From: Chiloscyllium plagiosum
Lineage: Eukaryota
Direction: 5' to 3'
Assembly (NCBI RefSeq): GCF_004010195.1
Contig: NC_057719.1
Span: forward strand, 76,614,849 to 76,678,848
DNA: 64,000 nucleotides
Under the pieces are notes generated by a model. The model did no database searches. It saw nothing but the letters and a program-made list of their open reading frames with translations, and had not been told where the DNA came from. Position numbers and translations under genes: made by a program. Of this stretch, positions 49,701 to 61,099 are shown piece after piece. Every line of letters begins with the position of its first letter. Position 1 is the stretch's first letter.

Positions 49701-52410
49701 GCCCAGAGGTCTTATCTATTTTTACACTTTCCAGAATTGCTAATGCCTCCTCCTTGCGAACCTCCACCATGTCTAGTCTAGTAGCCTGTACCTCAGTATT
49801 CTCCTTGACAACATTATCTTTTTCCCTGTGTGAATACTGATGAAAAATATTCATGTAGTGCATCTCCTATCTCCTCTGACTCCACACATAACTTCCCACT
49901 ACTGTGGGCCCTAATCTTACTCTTGTTATTCTTTTATTCCTGATATATACCTATAGAAAGCTTTTGGGTTTTCCTTGATCCTATCTGCCAACAACTTCTC
50001 ATCATCCTTCCTGGCTCTTCTTAGCTTTCTCTTTAGGTCTTTCCTGGCTAACTTGTAACTCTCAAGCCTCTTAACTGACCCTTCACATCTCAATCCTACA
50101 CAGCCTTCTTCTTCATCTTGACAAGAGATTAAACCTCTTTAGTAAACCACAGTTCTGTCACTCGACCACTTCCTCCCTGCCTGACAGGTATATACTTACC
50201 AAGGACATGCAGTGACTGTTCTTTGATTAAGCTCCACATTTCAATTATGTCCATTCCCTGCAGTTTCCTTCCCCATTCTATGCATCCTAAATCTTGCCTA
50301 AACACATTATAATTGCTCTTACTCCCAGTTATAACTCTTGCCCTGCAGTATATACCTATGCCTTTCCATCACTAACATAACCATAACCAAATTGTGCTCA
50401 CTATCACCAAAGTACTCACCTAGCTCCAAATCTAACACCTGGCTGGGTTCATTACCCAGTACCAAATCTAATGTGGCCTTGCCCCTTGTTGGCCTGTGTT
50501 AGGAAACCCTCCTGCAGACATTAGACAAAAACTGACCCATCTAAAGTACTTGAACTATAGTTTTCCGGTCAATATTGAGAAAGTTAAAGACCCAGTAACA
50601 ACTACCCTGTTACTCTCGCTCCTATCCAGGATCATCTTTGCTATCCTTTCCTCTAGATCTCTGGAACTATTCAGAGGCCAATAGTAAACTCCCAACAGGG
50701 TGACCTCTCCTTTCCTGTTTCTTACCTCAGCCCATACTACCTCAGTAGATGAGTCCTCAAACATTCTTTCTGACACCATAATACTGTCCTTGACTAACAA
50801 TGCCTTCCCCTCTTTTACTATTTTCTCTGATATTACAGAAGCATCTAAACCCCAGAACCTGCAACATCTATTCCTGTCCCAGCTCTATCCATGTCTCCAA
50901 AATGACCATAAGATCGAAGTCCCAGGTATCAACCCATGCTGCAAGTTCACTCACCTTATTCTGGATCCTCATTGCGTTAAAGTAGACACACTTCAAATCA
51001 CCTTCCTGCTTGTCAGTGCAGTCTTGCGACTTTGAAACCTTATTTCTGACCTCACTACTCTCAACCTCCTGGATTCTGGAACAATAATTTCGGTTCCCAT
51101 CCCCCTTCTGAATTAGATTAACCCCCCCCCCCCCCCCCCCGAGAGCATTAGCAAATTTCACCCTCAGGATATTGGAACCCCTCTGGTTCAGGTGTAGACC
51201 ATCCCATTTGTAGAAGTCCCATCTACCCAGAATGAGTCCCAGTTATCCAGGTATCTGAATCCCTCCCTCCTGCACTATGCCTGTAGCCACATATCAAGTC
51301 CTCTCTCTCTCTCTCTCTCTCTATTCTTCCCCTCGTCAGTCCGTGGCACAGGCAACAGACCAGAAACAACAACTCTGTTCTGGCACTAAGCTTTCACCGT
51401 AGCTCCCTGAACACCTGCCAATCACCACCCCTTTTCCTACTATATCGCTAGTGCTTATGTGGACCACAACTTGGGGCTGCTCTTCCTCCCCCTCAAGGAT
51501 CCCGAAAACATGATACAAGACATCACAAACCCTGGCACCTGGCAGACAACACACCAAATGTGAATCTCTCTCGTTCCCACAGAACCTCCTATCTGTCCCC
51601 CTAACTATGGAGTCCCCAATGACTAATGCTCTGCTCCTCTCTCCCCTTCCCTTCCATGCCAGAGACCTGTACCCCATGGCTTACCCCTGGTAAGTTGTTC
51701 CCCCAATAATATCCAAAACAATATAGTTGTTATCTGCTGGTCCTCTTTCTGTGCCCTGACTGCAACCCACCTGCTGTTTCCTTGTACCTGAGGTAACACA
51801 ATCTCCCTGTAATTCCTCTCAATAACCCCCTCTGCCTCCCGAATGATCCGAAGTTCATCCATCTCCTGCTTCAGTTCCCTAACATGGTTTTCGAGGAGCT
51901 AGAGTTGAGTGCACCTCCCGTAAATGAAATCAGCAGGGACCCTTATCTCCCACATTCTGCAGGAGGAACATTCAATTGCCCTAACCACCATTCCCACTAT
52001 TCTAAATTCCCAAAGAGACTACTGAAAAATAAAGAATAAAAAAACCGTATTACCTTACCAATCCAGTGCACATTTGTTTTTGTTAGAGGAGGAAGATGGG
52101 TGGGAGACACTACCTAAGTAGTGTTTCGGGTAATGCAACTGCCCAGATATGTTACTTCGCTTACTCAGTAGTCCCATGTCCACTCCTGCTCAGTGTGCCC
52201 TTTGCCTATTCAGGAAGTAAGTTTTTTAAATAGTGATGTACCTTCCTGGCAGTCCCGTTCCTCTCTCCCTCTCTCCTCACTGCTCCCAAGAAGTGGAAGC
52301 CTGACTCTCGAGATAAGACCCTTTTAAGTGGGCAATTCCAGTGTACCTTCCAGACAGCCCCCGTTCCTCTCTCACTCTCTCCTTGCTGCTCCTGAAAAAT
52401 GGAGACCATG
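46785..52410 (-). mobile_element. Near full-length decayed CR1 LINE, interrupted at 47319-48724
   Basis: Repeated 5'UTR units at ~52238-52410; ORF1 GDSIVRG esterase at ~51120-51990; ORF2 EN and RT; 3' tail CATAGAACAT at 46784. Confidence 0.9.
47319..48724 (+). mobile_element. 5'-truncated CR1 inserted antisense into the CR1 above
   Basis: [49 protein letters not shown] and 3' tail; frameshifted. Confidence 0.92.
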
Positions 52411-53051
52411 GAGTCTTTGGCTTCTCATATTTGTTTATTTTTTGGGAGTGGTATGGCTCCCCAAAAGCTAGATAAGAGGTAGGATTTTTTTTCCCCAATT
52501 GTGGCATAGCACAGAAGATCGGCTTCTGAGATCTTAACTTTCTATTGATGTGAAATGACAATTCAAAGTGTCGGCTCTTCAAGTGACGGCTCCATCCACA
52601 TAATGAGATGAAAATGATTGAATTTATAGTATTTTCTGGGAATATTTTCTGAAACAAACAATTAAAATAAGTTGTAAAGAGTATTGTTTATAAACTGCAG
52701 AGATCTACAGAGATCATCTCCAAACATCAAAACAGCATAGAAGACATCCCCTTCTACTTCAAAACAACCATGTGTATTTATGTATCATCTTAAGTGTATG
52801 GGGGGAGCAGATAGGAAAGTGCAGTTAAGATAATACTTAGATCAACTGCAATCTTATCAAATGGTGGAGGACGCTCAAGGAGCCAAGTAACCTACTTCAG
52901 TTTCTGTTTCTTATGTAACTCAACCATGTTCAGGTAAATTATTTCCTGATTGATTGTCTAGCTCAATCGGGGCCAAACAATTTAACCTATCTCTCCCATA
53001 TTGCTGTTTCATTGGGCCTTTTCCATGCAGCATCGCAACACCAATTTAACT

Positions 53052-53152
53052 AGAAACAAAAACAGGAATCGATGGAGAAACTCAGCAGGCTTGGCAGCAT
53101 CTTTGGAGAGAAAGCAAGATACAATGTTTCGGGTCCAGTGCCCCTTCTTCAG
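53052..53152 (-). mobile_element. Older Penelope pseudo-LTR with hammerhead motif
   Basis: Minus CTGAAGA-A-GGGGC-ACTG-GACCC-GAAAC-ATT at 53123-53152. Confidence 0.75.
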
Positions 53153-54454
53153 GTTTCGGTAGGATCTTTAATGTGGTAAATATAAAAAATAATGCATTTA
53201 TGAAAGGTTTCTAACTTAGTTACCCCATTCTAAAAGCTATTCCTGATGAACCACGTGGACAGGTTCCTCCACAGAAACATCTCTCCATCAGTAGCCTCAC
53301 TATGCATAATAAGTAACTGAGTTGATTCATATTAGCCAGTGTGATCTGTATTTCAACAAAGGTTTCTTAACGTGTAATTACCACATATTTAAAAATGCAT
53401 AAATAACTAATCATTTTTGATGGATAATCAAATTGCAGAATTCACTCTGAACCTAAGAACCCTGATGCATATCTAATGCAAAATAAATTGTTGATTTTTA
53501 CATCTTTGCAGCAAGTTTGTTATTTCTGTTTTGCAACTGCTAAGTGTGGTTTGTGAGTACACCCATCCACACCAAGGCTAGCATAACAGTCACGGATTCT
53601 AACTTGGAGATCATGGGGGAAGCTAATAACATTGCATGTCCTTTCCTTTAAGACAATGATTTCAATTATACATTTTTAGTTTCCACCTCGCCTTGCTTTT
53701 TTATAAGTTACACTGTGACTATTAATTTATCGTTGTTAAAAAGGCACTGTACATTCAATGCATTGTGCGCTGTTAATAATGCAAATTTTCAAATTTTGCA
53801 AATTTTAAAGCAGTGAGATTCTGCATTAGATAATTAGTACATCACTTGCTCCTGATTCTCCATTTACCTCAAACTCAGCACAAAAAGACAATGGGCCCTC
53901 AATTTGCAAGGAATATTTTAATCATCTATGATTTTTTTTTATCATAGTATAAACATAGAAGAATTCACAAAGAAAAAAACATAATAAGATTCTCAAAAGA
54001 AATCACTAAAACCTTAACAGATTTCAGTACATTGGAACCTCAAGTTACATGCCAATGATGCCATACCTCCCTGCCCATTCCCCACTGATTATAAATCATT
54101 GCACCTCATTGACTTGGTTATTCACGTGGTAAAGTATATTGTCGCAGAACAAAAGCTGACAATCTGAAAAGCAATCTCAATTCATTTCTGCAAAATAGCT
54201 TCCATAAGTAGGAGAGTAATTAACTGGAATTTAATTTGAATGGAAGCCAGCCAATTTTTCAGAAAGGTTAGAGATTAAATATAATTGCTTGAATCAACCA
54301 TCATTTGTCCTCAGTGGTCAATTATTTTCTCCTGAACTGAGAGATGTCTATTTTAATTCAGTCTGATCTATACCTCCGTTGAATGGCTGGGTTAAAGCAG
54401 TCATACCTTTGATGTGAATTTGAACTGCACACAATAGGAGAGTTCAGTAACGAA

Positions 54455-54570
54455 ACAAGTGAGTGCTGGAGAAACTCAACAGATCTGCCAGCATCTGTTG
54501 AGAGAAAAACAGAGTTAACGTTTTAAATCAGTGACCCTTTGTTAGATCTATCTCCAGTATCTGTAGTTTT
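54455..54570 (-). mobile_element. Older Penelope pseudo-LTR, decayed
   Basis: GCTGGAGAAACTCAACAGATCTGCCAGCATCTG…AGAGTTAACGTTT homologous to 53052-53152. Confidence 0.65.
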
Positions 54571-54789
54571 TAAGAATTTATTTCAGGAAAGTTCAGTGTC
54601 AATTTTTGACTGCAGCTGGCTTCAATCAGCACGCATTGAGCAGTTCTGTATCTCCACAGCTAAGATTATAATGTTTGGGGTTAAAGCAATTGGATTTAGA
54701 AATGTAAAGGACCTGGCTAAAGGAAACACGTTTGCTCAGATTCAAACTGGAACAAAAGCGGTATGAAAATAAAATAAGGCAAGAGTTCA

Positions 54790-55270
54790 TTTTCTGAAGC
54801 ATTTCTCACAATCCCAAAGTGGTTCACAATTAATTACATTCTCTTGAAGCTTAGCCATTGTTGCCATGTGGTAACCCTGGCAGCCATTTTGTGCACAGCA
54901 AGCTCCCATAGTATGATGAAAACCTGATAATTTCGGATATTTTTATGATGTTGATGGTGGGATAGATATTGGCCAGGACTCCAGGGAGTACTTTCCTCCT
55001 TGTTTGAAACCAGGGCCAGCTGGATCTAATTGACCACGAGATCGTTGATTGAGGTTGTGAGCCTGGGTCAGAGAACCCCGGCTGACCAGCACAAACAAGA
55101 GATTAAGAGATTCTCTTTAGTCTAGGGACTGGCTCAGAGTTGGTTGGTCATATAAAGGGTGATATCATACTGACCTCTGTGCAATTATTTCACTTCTCCT
55201 CCTTCAAAGAGTTTCAGGTGCTCTTTTCAATCCAGCTGAGAGGGCAAACATGTACTTGGATTCAATAAAA
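54790..55270 (-). mobile_element. Deu-domain SINE split by a solo LTR
   Basis: GGCAGCCATTTTGTGCACAGCAAGCTCCCA…ATATTGGCCAGGAC matches the reverse-complemented Deu core. Confidence 0.75.
55001..55192 (+). mobile_element. Family S solo LTR (192 bp)
   Basis: TG…TTATTTCA; CTCCT and CTTCT flanks (5-bp TSD with one mismatch). Confidence 0.75.
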
Positions 55271-56982
55271 GCTGGAGCAGTACCAGATACATCCTCTATG
55301 TAAGTGAAATGAGTATCTAAGAGCAATGCCTGCTGGGAATTACAATTTTCTGGATATTGGGCAGCCAAATTATTAGAATCATTTGGAATTTCCCTCCACT
55401 CCTTTCACTCTATTCTCTTGATTAGCCTGCTGGGTCTTGTAGAAAAAAAACAGATATATATGACAGAACAGTTACTGAGGACTGGATTTTACAATTTAAT
55501 CTATATTACATACTCACTGTGTCAGGCAGGTTCTCTGAGAAACCCAACTAACGGAGCTTACTATTATGCCATTCAAGGCTGTATGTATCCCAGGCAATGT
55601 ATACTGTCCCTGCACATCTGAATGTTTGGTCACATGAAACTGCTGAAGCCACAGGGGATAATCCTTTCCATGATGCTCAGGCTGATTGGGGCACAGGCCA
55701 GGTCAGCACTGTTGGTGGATTAAGTACTTAACGAGAGCAAATTTGGAGAGCAAACCTTAAACAGAATAATGTATCAAATTACAGGGTCTCGATAGATTTC
55801 CAGAAACTGATAGCACAGGTGTGTTTAGCAGGTGAACAAGACAGAATGTCCTTTATTATCTTAGTGCGTTGCAGCATGCACAAATTCACTCAACAAACTG
55901 GGGACCTGTTGGGGCAGAAAGGGTAGCAGGATCCACATTTCCTTCCAATGAGAAACCAATGATGCTGACACAGGCCGGGGCAATTGAGCTATGCTATGAT
56001 TTTTGGAAACTGGCTGTTTGGTTGGAATGCTGCTTCATATTAGCAACATAGATCATTGATTGAGAAACATTCTATTTCATGCTTTTGATGTAATTAAAGA
56101 GTACTTTTTTAATAAGTTTGACATGCCGGTATAAGAGCATCACAATGCATGGGTAATCCTTGATGTTGCACTAAGTGAGCCAAGCCGTAGCTACATAACA
56201 GTGAGTATTCCCATTCCTGCAGGCTCCTACAGGAAAGTATAAGATTGGGCCTTGCCTCCAACACAGAGCAGTCAGATTAAGGCACTCAGACCCTGGAGGA
56301 TGCTCCTCCATCCAAGTTGATGCTGCTAATCACTTTAATCCCTCACTGTCCTGGAGAATACTGGTCATTACAATTGCTGAACATCCCCAGTGAGTGTGCT
56401 GCCACTACTATGGAGAGATAAAACCAAACAATTCCCTTCCATCCCTGACAAAATGAAGTCTTCATATTTCACTAATGCGTCATCTATATATTTTTTTCTG
56501 AGAATGCGGCCCGAGAAACCTCAGCAGGGAAAGATCCTGCATGTTGCAAACAAAAACAACCATTTTTCTTCATGATGTGCATCAATTTACTCTGCAATGT
56601 CTACACCATCACAACGCTGCGATCCCCCTGCCAATTTGTCTGACTCTGCCTTAATTCCTGACCCAGAGATCAGTTTAATGAGCATCGACTGTAATCCCTG
56701 AATGCTAGGTCTTTGTCACAAGGACAACATTTGTCACTGGAAAAGCTGATGATGTGAGTCAATAAAAGGTTTCACAATGGATGACCCACTTCACAACCCA
56801 CTTCACTCTCTGATGGGAAACATGATCCATGACTTTCATTTCAGATAGCAATGTCAGCATCTGGTAAACGAATAAGATTGCGCCAAATGTTCCAATAGTG
56901 CAAGTGAATATAGATTTATATAGAAATGTAAACTAGACACATGAAATCAACTTGTGTGCCATCCATGGGCAGCAGATACATG

Positions 56983-57310
56983 AACATAGAACATAGAAAA
57001 ATACAGTGCAGTACAGGCCCATTGGCCCTCGATGTTGCGCTGATCCAAGCCTACGTAACCTACACTAGCCCACTATCCTCCATATGCCTATCCAATGCCT
57101 GTTTAAATGCCCATAAAGAGGGAGAGTCCACCACTGCTACTGGCAGGGCATTCCATGAACTCACGACTCGCTGAGTAAAGAATCTACCCCTAAATCTGTC
57201 CTATACCTACCACCCCTTAATTTAAAGCTAGGCCCCCTCGTAATAGCTGACTCCATACGTGGAAAAAGGTTCTCATGGTCAACCCTATCTAAACCCCTAA
57301 TCATCTTGTA
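56983..57310 (-). mobile_element. CR1 3' end inserted into a family B tail
   Basis: (GAACATA)n tail; minus YKMIRGLDRVD…; family B sequence resumes at 57318-57572. Confidence 0.85.
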
Positions 57311-57922
57311 AAAGAGAATGCTGTCACCTGCAAGTTCCCCCTCCAAGCCACTCACCATCCTGACTTGGAAGTATATCGCTGTTCCTTCACTGTCGCTGGG
57401 TCAAAATCTTGGAATTCTCTCCCTGGAGAGCATTGTGGGTCAACCCACACCATATAGACTGCAGCAGTTCAAGAAGGCAGCTCATCACTACCTTCTCAAG
57501 GGAACTAGGGCCAGATAATAAAAATACTGGCCAGCCAGTGACTCCCACCTCCCACAAGCGGATTTTAAAAAATGCCCTCAAATTGTATTTTTCCTTATCT
57601 TACCAGTGTTAACCAACCAATGTCCCTATATGCACAGCAAGGTGGAGACAGCCACTGAACTCTGGTGACTGTGATGATTCTGGAGGGCGTATTCTGAGAG
57701 TTTGGGGCCTAGAGGCCTGGCATGTTATAGCGCCGTTCATGGATGGAGCAGCACCCTCTTTAGCATAACCTGCTGCAGGTAAGAGATCCACTGGCAGAGA
57801 AGAGATTGAGGCACAGGGAAACTCCAGAGTGTCCTCAGAAGTAGTTCAGAGAGATACCTGCTGGCACTCCTCCTCACTATGGGTACACAATGGCACCTCC
57901 CTGTCTCCTCAAGCTGAATATC

Positions 57923-58463
57923 CAAGATGGCGGCAAAATAGGATGCTCCAGCCGGAGCTCGTCTGCTCCATCCATTCCTTTACTTTTTTTCTATTCTGTT
58001 TTTCTCTCTCATGTGTTTTGTTTTGTAATTCTCTTCCATCTTTTTTATCTTCTGCCCACACCCCAGAGCAAGTGACGGTGGCTAGTGGGCCGGAGCATAG
58101 GGGCTATGGCAGCCAGTGGCCCAGAGTTGGGGGTGTGTCGGTGGGACCAGCCAGTGGCCCATAGCAGGGATGGTGACCAGCCGGCCCAGAGCAAAGATTT
58201 GCAAACCAGTGGGGCCCAGTAAGGCCACATGGAAGACAATAATGTAATTGTTTTACCCTTTATTTCTTATTTTCCTAACATATACTACATGTATCTGTAA
58301 CTATTTTTCTTTATTTTCTTTACTTTTTTGTGTCTAAGATTTGTACCTAGGTATTTTGTACATATTTTGACTTTGTTTCAGTGACATTGTACACTTTTCA
58401 CTGTGTAATCCTGTTCTTTTGTAACTTGAGTAGACGTGACAATAAACCTACTTCTAATTCTAA
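57923..58463 (+). mobile_element. Putative non-autonomous Rex1/Babar-related element
   Basis: Starts CAAGATGGCGGC; ends CGTGACAATAAA plus TTCTAA repeats like the Rex1 tail at 6105-6160; no ORF. Confidence 0.55.
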
Positions 58464-58610
58464 GAGGTACTTGGAGTGAGGCTGGTGTTCCTTGTCCCCC
58501 TCTCACCTTGTCATGGGCACATGGATACATTGATGGAGTGCACGAGGAGCACATACCCAAGAGCCATCTTGTTTTTTGTTGTGTCTGTGTCTCCAAGGCA
58601 AACATTCTAT

Positions 58611-59200
58611 GGAGAAAGTGAGGACTGCAAATGCTGGAGATCAGAGCTGAAAAATGTGTTGCTTGAAAAGTGCAGCAGGTCAGGCAGCATCCAAGGAGCA
58701 GGAGAATCGACGTTTCGGGCATGAGCCCTTCTTCAGGAATAAGGAAAGTGTGCCCAGCAGGCTAAGACAAAAGGTAGGGAGCAGGGACTTGGGGGAGGGG
58801 CATTGGGAATGCAATAGGTGGAAGGAGGTTAAAGTGAGGGTGATAGGCCGGAGAGGGGTTGGGGGCGGAGAGGTCGGGAAGAAGATTGCAGGTCAAGAAG
58901 GTGGTGCTGAATCTGAGGGTTGGGACTGAGAAAAGATGGGGGGAGGGGAAATGAGGAAGCTGGAGAAATCTGCATTCATCCCTTTTTTTTGAAGGGTTCC
59001 CAGACAGAAGATGAGGCGCTCTTCCTCCAGGCGTCGTGTTGCCATTGTCTGGCGATGGAGGAGGCCAAGGACCTGCACGTCCTTGGCAGAGTGGGAGGGG
59101 GAGTTAAAATGTTCAGCCGCGGGGCGGTCGGGTTGGTTGGTGCGGGTGTCCCAGAGGTGTTCTCTGAAACGTTCCGCAAGTAGGCAGCTTGTCTCCCCAA
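58611..59200 (-). mobile_element. Penelope 3' end: GIY-YIG endonuclease fragment plus pLTR
   Basis: IGETSCLLAERFREHL…AEHFNSPSHS…RRLEEERLIFCLGTL…GMNADF; pLTR at 58611-58740. Confidence 0.92.
58709..58736 (-). ncRNA. Minimal hammerhead ribozyme motif, intact core
   Basis: Minus CTGAAGA-A-GGGC-TCAT-GCCC-GAAAC-GTC. Confidence 0.78.
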
Positions 59201-59379
59201 TTGAAATGTTTTGAGGGGTCTGGCCTGGTCCATAACAGACTGGGGGCTCTTTGCAGGATTTGTTGTGTTGTTCCAAACTGGGATTAGAGTTGTTGGACCT
59301 GAAGGCAGCGAGTGGTAGGTATTAGTGTCTTTTATTCGGGGTGTTGACTTGGTTGGTTTAAATAGTGCTTGTGATAGCA

Positions 59380-60010
59380 ATGGCTCTTTCAGTCACCAAG
59401 CGTTTTCTGGAGGTGGAAGAGGTGACCTTGGGGGTTTTACAAAAGGTAGTCAAGGCCAAGCTGCGGGAATTAGCAGGCAAGCTGGATTTGGAGCTGCATC
59501 CTTCCATGAGGAAAGGAGAGACAATTACAGCAGTGGCTCAGCATTCACATTTGATGGAAACACCATCAGAATCTTTAGAGATGACTAAAAGTCAGTTGCA
59601 AATGATACAGCTTGAGTTAGAGGCAAAAGGCAATGATTATGATTAAAAGCAGAAGAGAGAGAAAAGGAGAGAGAGGAAAGGAAGAGAAAGAGACAGTTTG
59701 AACTTCAGAAATTGGCATTTAGAGAAGAGTTTGAACATTCTCTTTCTGAAGTGGTGAGAACTCATGTGGAAAAGCAGAGAGTTAAAATGGCAAGAATAGC
59801 AGATGAAATGGCTGATGATTATGAGTTGATCCGTAAAACAGTTTGGCTTCCAGAATCAATTTCAATTCATGAGGGATAGAAATTGGGGAAAAGAGAAATC
59901 CTCATGTGGAAAGGGAAAGGGAAAGGGTGAAGATCATAAGGTTAACTTATGTGGGAAAAAGATATGCCACCCTGCCGACCCACAGCATGGCCACATAAAA
60001 TCACAGAAGC
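59380..60010 (+). pseudogene. gag remnant (N-terminus, SCAN-like capsid C-terminal segment, zinc-knuckle remnant)
   Basis: MALSVTKRFLEVEEVT…KAKLRELAGKL; EEFEHSLSEVVRTHVEKQRVKMARIADEMADDYEL; GHIKSQ. Confidence 0.75.
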
Positions 60011-60399
60011 TGGCCTGCAAAACACAGAAATCAAGCTTGCCAACACATACAGAAACTACCCAGAGTGCCCTAGACTTGGCCAAACAGGTTTACATAAAAA
60101 ACAGACATAGCCAAGCCACTCCCAGAGCAGAGAATACACTTCCTAAAACAACTTTCACATTCAACTCCCAGCCCCGATTAGCACCACAGTCCCAACACCC
60201 TAAGGGCAGGCTCCTTTCCCACTGAAACCGATATCGCATAAACAAAGAGGCAGACTTTGCTCACAGGAGGAACACAATAGATGCCAGGAGAAGGAATATT
60301 TACACATATTTGCGCTGAGGGGAAAGAATCCTCTAGAAGACCTTCTCACCCACTCACGGAGATGGCTAGAATCTCCTGTGTCAATTACAAATGAATTGT

Positions 60400-60830
60400 G
60401 AGAAAGGTGGCATCAAACACTGAAGACCATGTTGAGGGCATATAGTCAAGACAATCCAGATGATTGGGATAGGGGAATTCCGTTTGTTCTTTTTGCACCA
60501 AATGAATTGACTAAATTCAGTCCATTTGAAAAAGCTTTTGGGCATGAAGTGAGAGGATTGCTAAAAACGATTAATGAGAGATCGGTAAGTCAGAATTCAG
60601 AGACCACATACTTGGACTACATTTCAAATTTTAGGGAATGATTAATGTAGCTGGGGAGTTGGCTAGACAGCATTTAAAAGTAAACAGGAAGCAGACAAGA
60701 AATCAAAAATTCGCAATTTTGCTATCGGGGATAACGTATTAGTGTTACTTCCAGTAATGGGTGAACCTTTAAAAGCAAGGTTTCGTGGACCTGATCAAAT
60801 CGAGAGGGAATTGAGTGAGGTGAACTACGG
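60400..60830 (+). pseudogene. Integrase C-terminal half
   Basis: RWHQTLKTMLRAY…WDRGIPFVLFA…FSPFE…FGHEVRG; GDNVLVLLP…LKARFRGP (GPY/F-like). Confidence 0.88.
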
Positions 60831-61099
60831 ACTCCAGACAGAAAGAAATCGCACAGACTGTGTCATGCGAATATACTCAAAAGATACTTTTGACAGGGAA
60901 GGAAAGCGAGAGGAGAATGTATTATTGATTACAACACAGAAGGAAGAACCAAGTTCAGATGATTCTGAATTGGACATTCCTCAAATCAAATTGGACAATG
61001 AGGAATTTGTCAAAAATCGGGATAAGTTATTGAGTTATCTTCCTGAGGAAAATCAAAATGACCTGAAAGAGTTATTACTATCACAGAGGGAGATATGTG

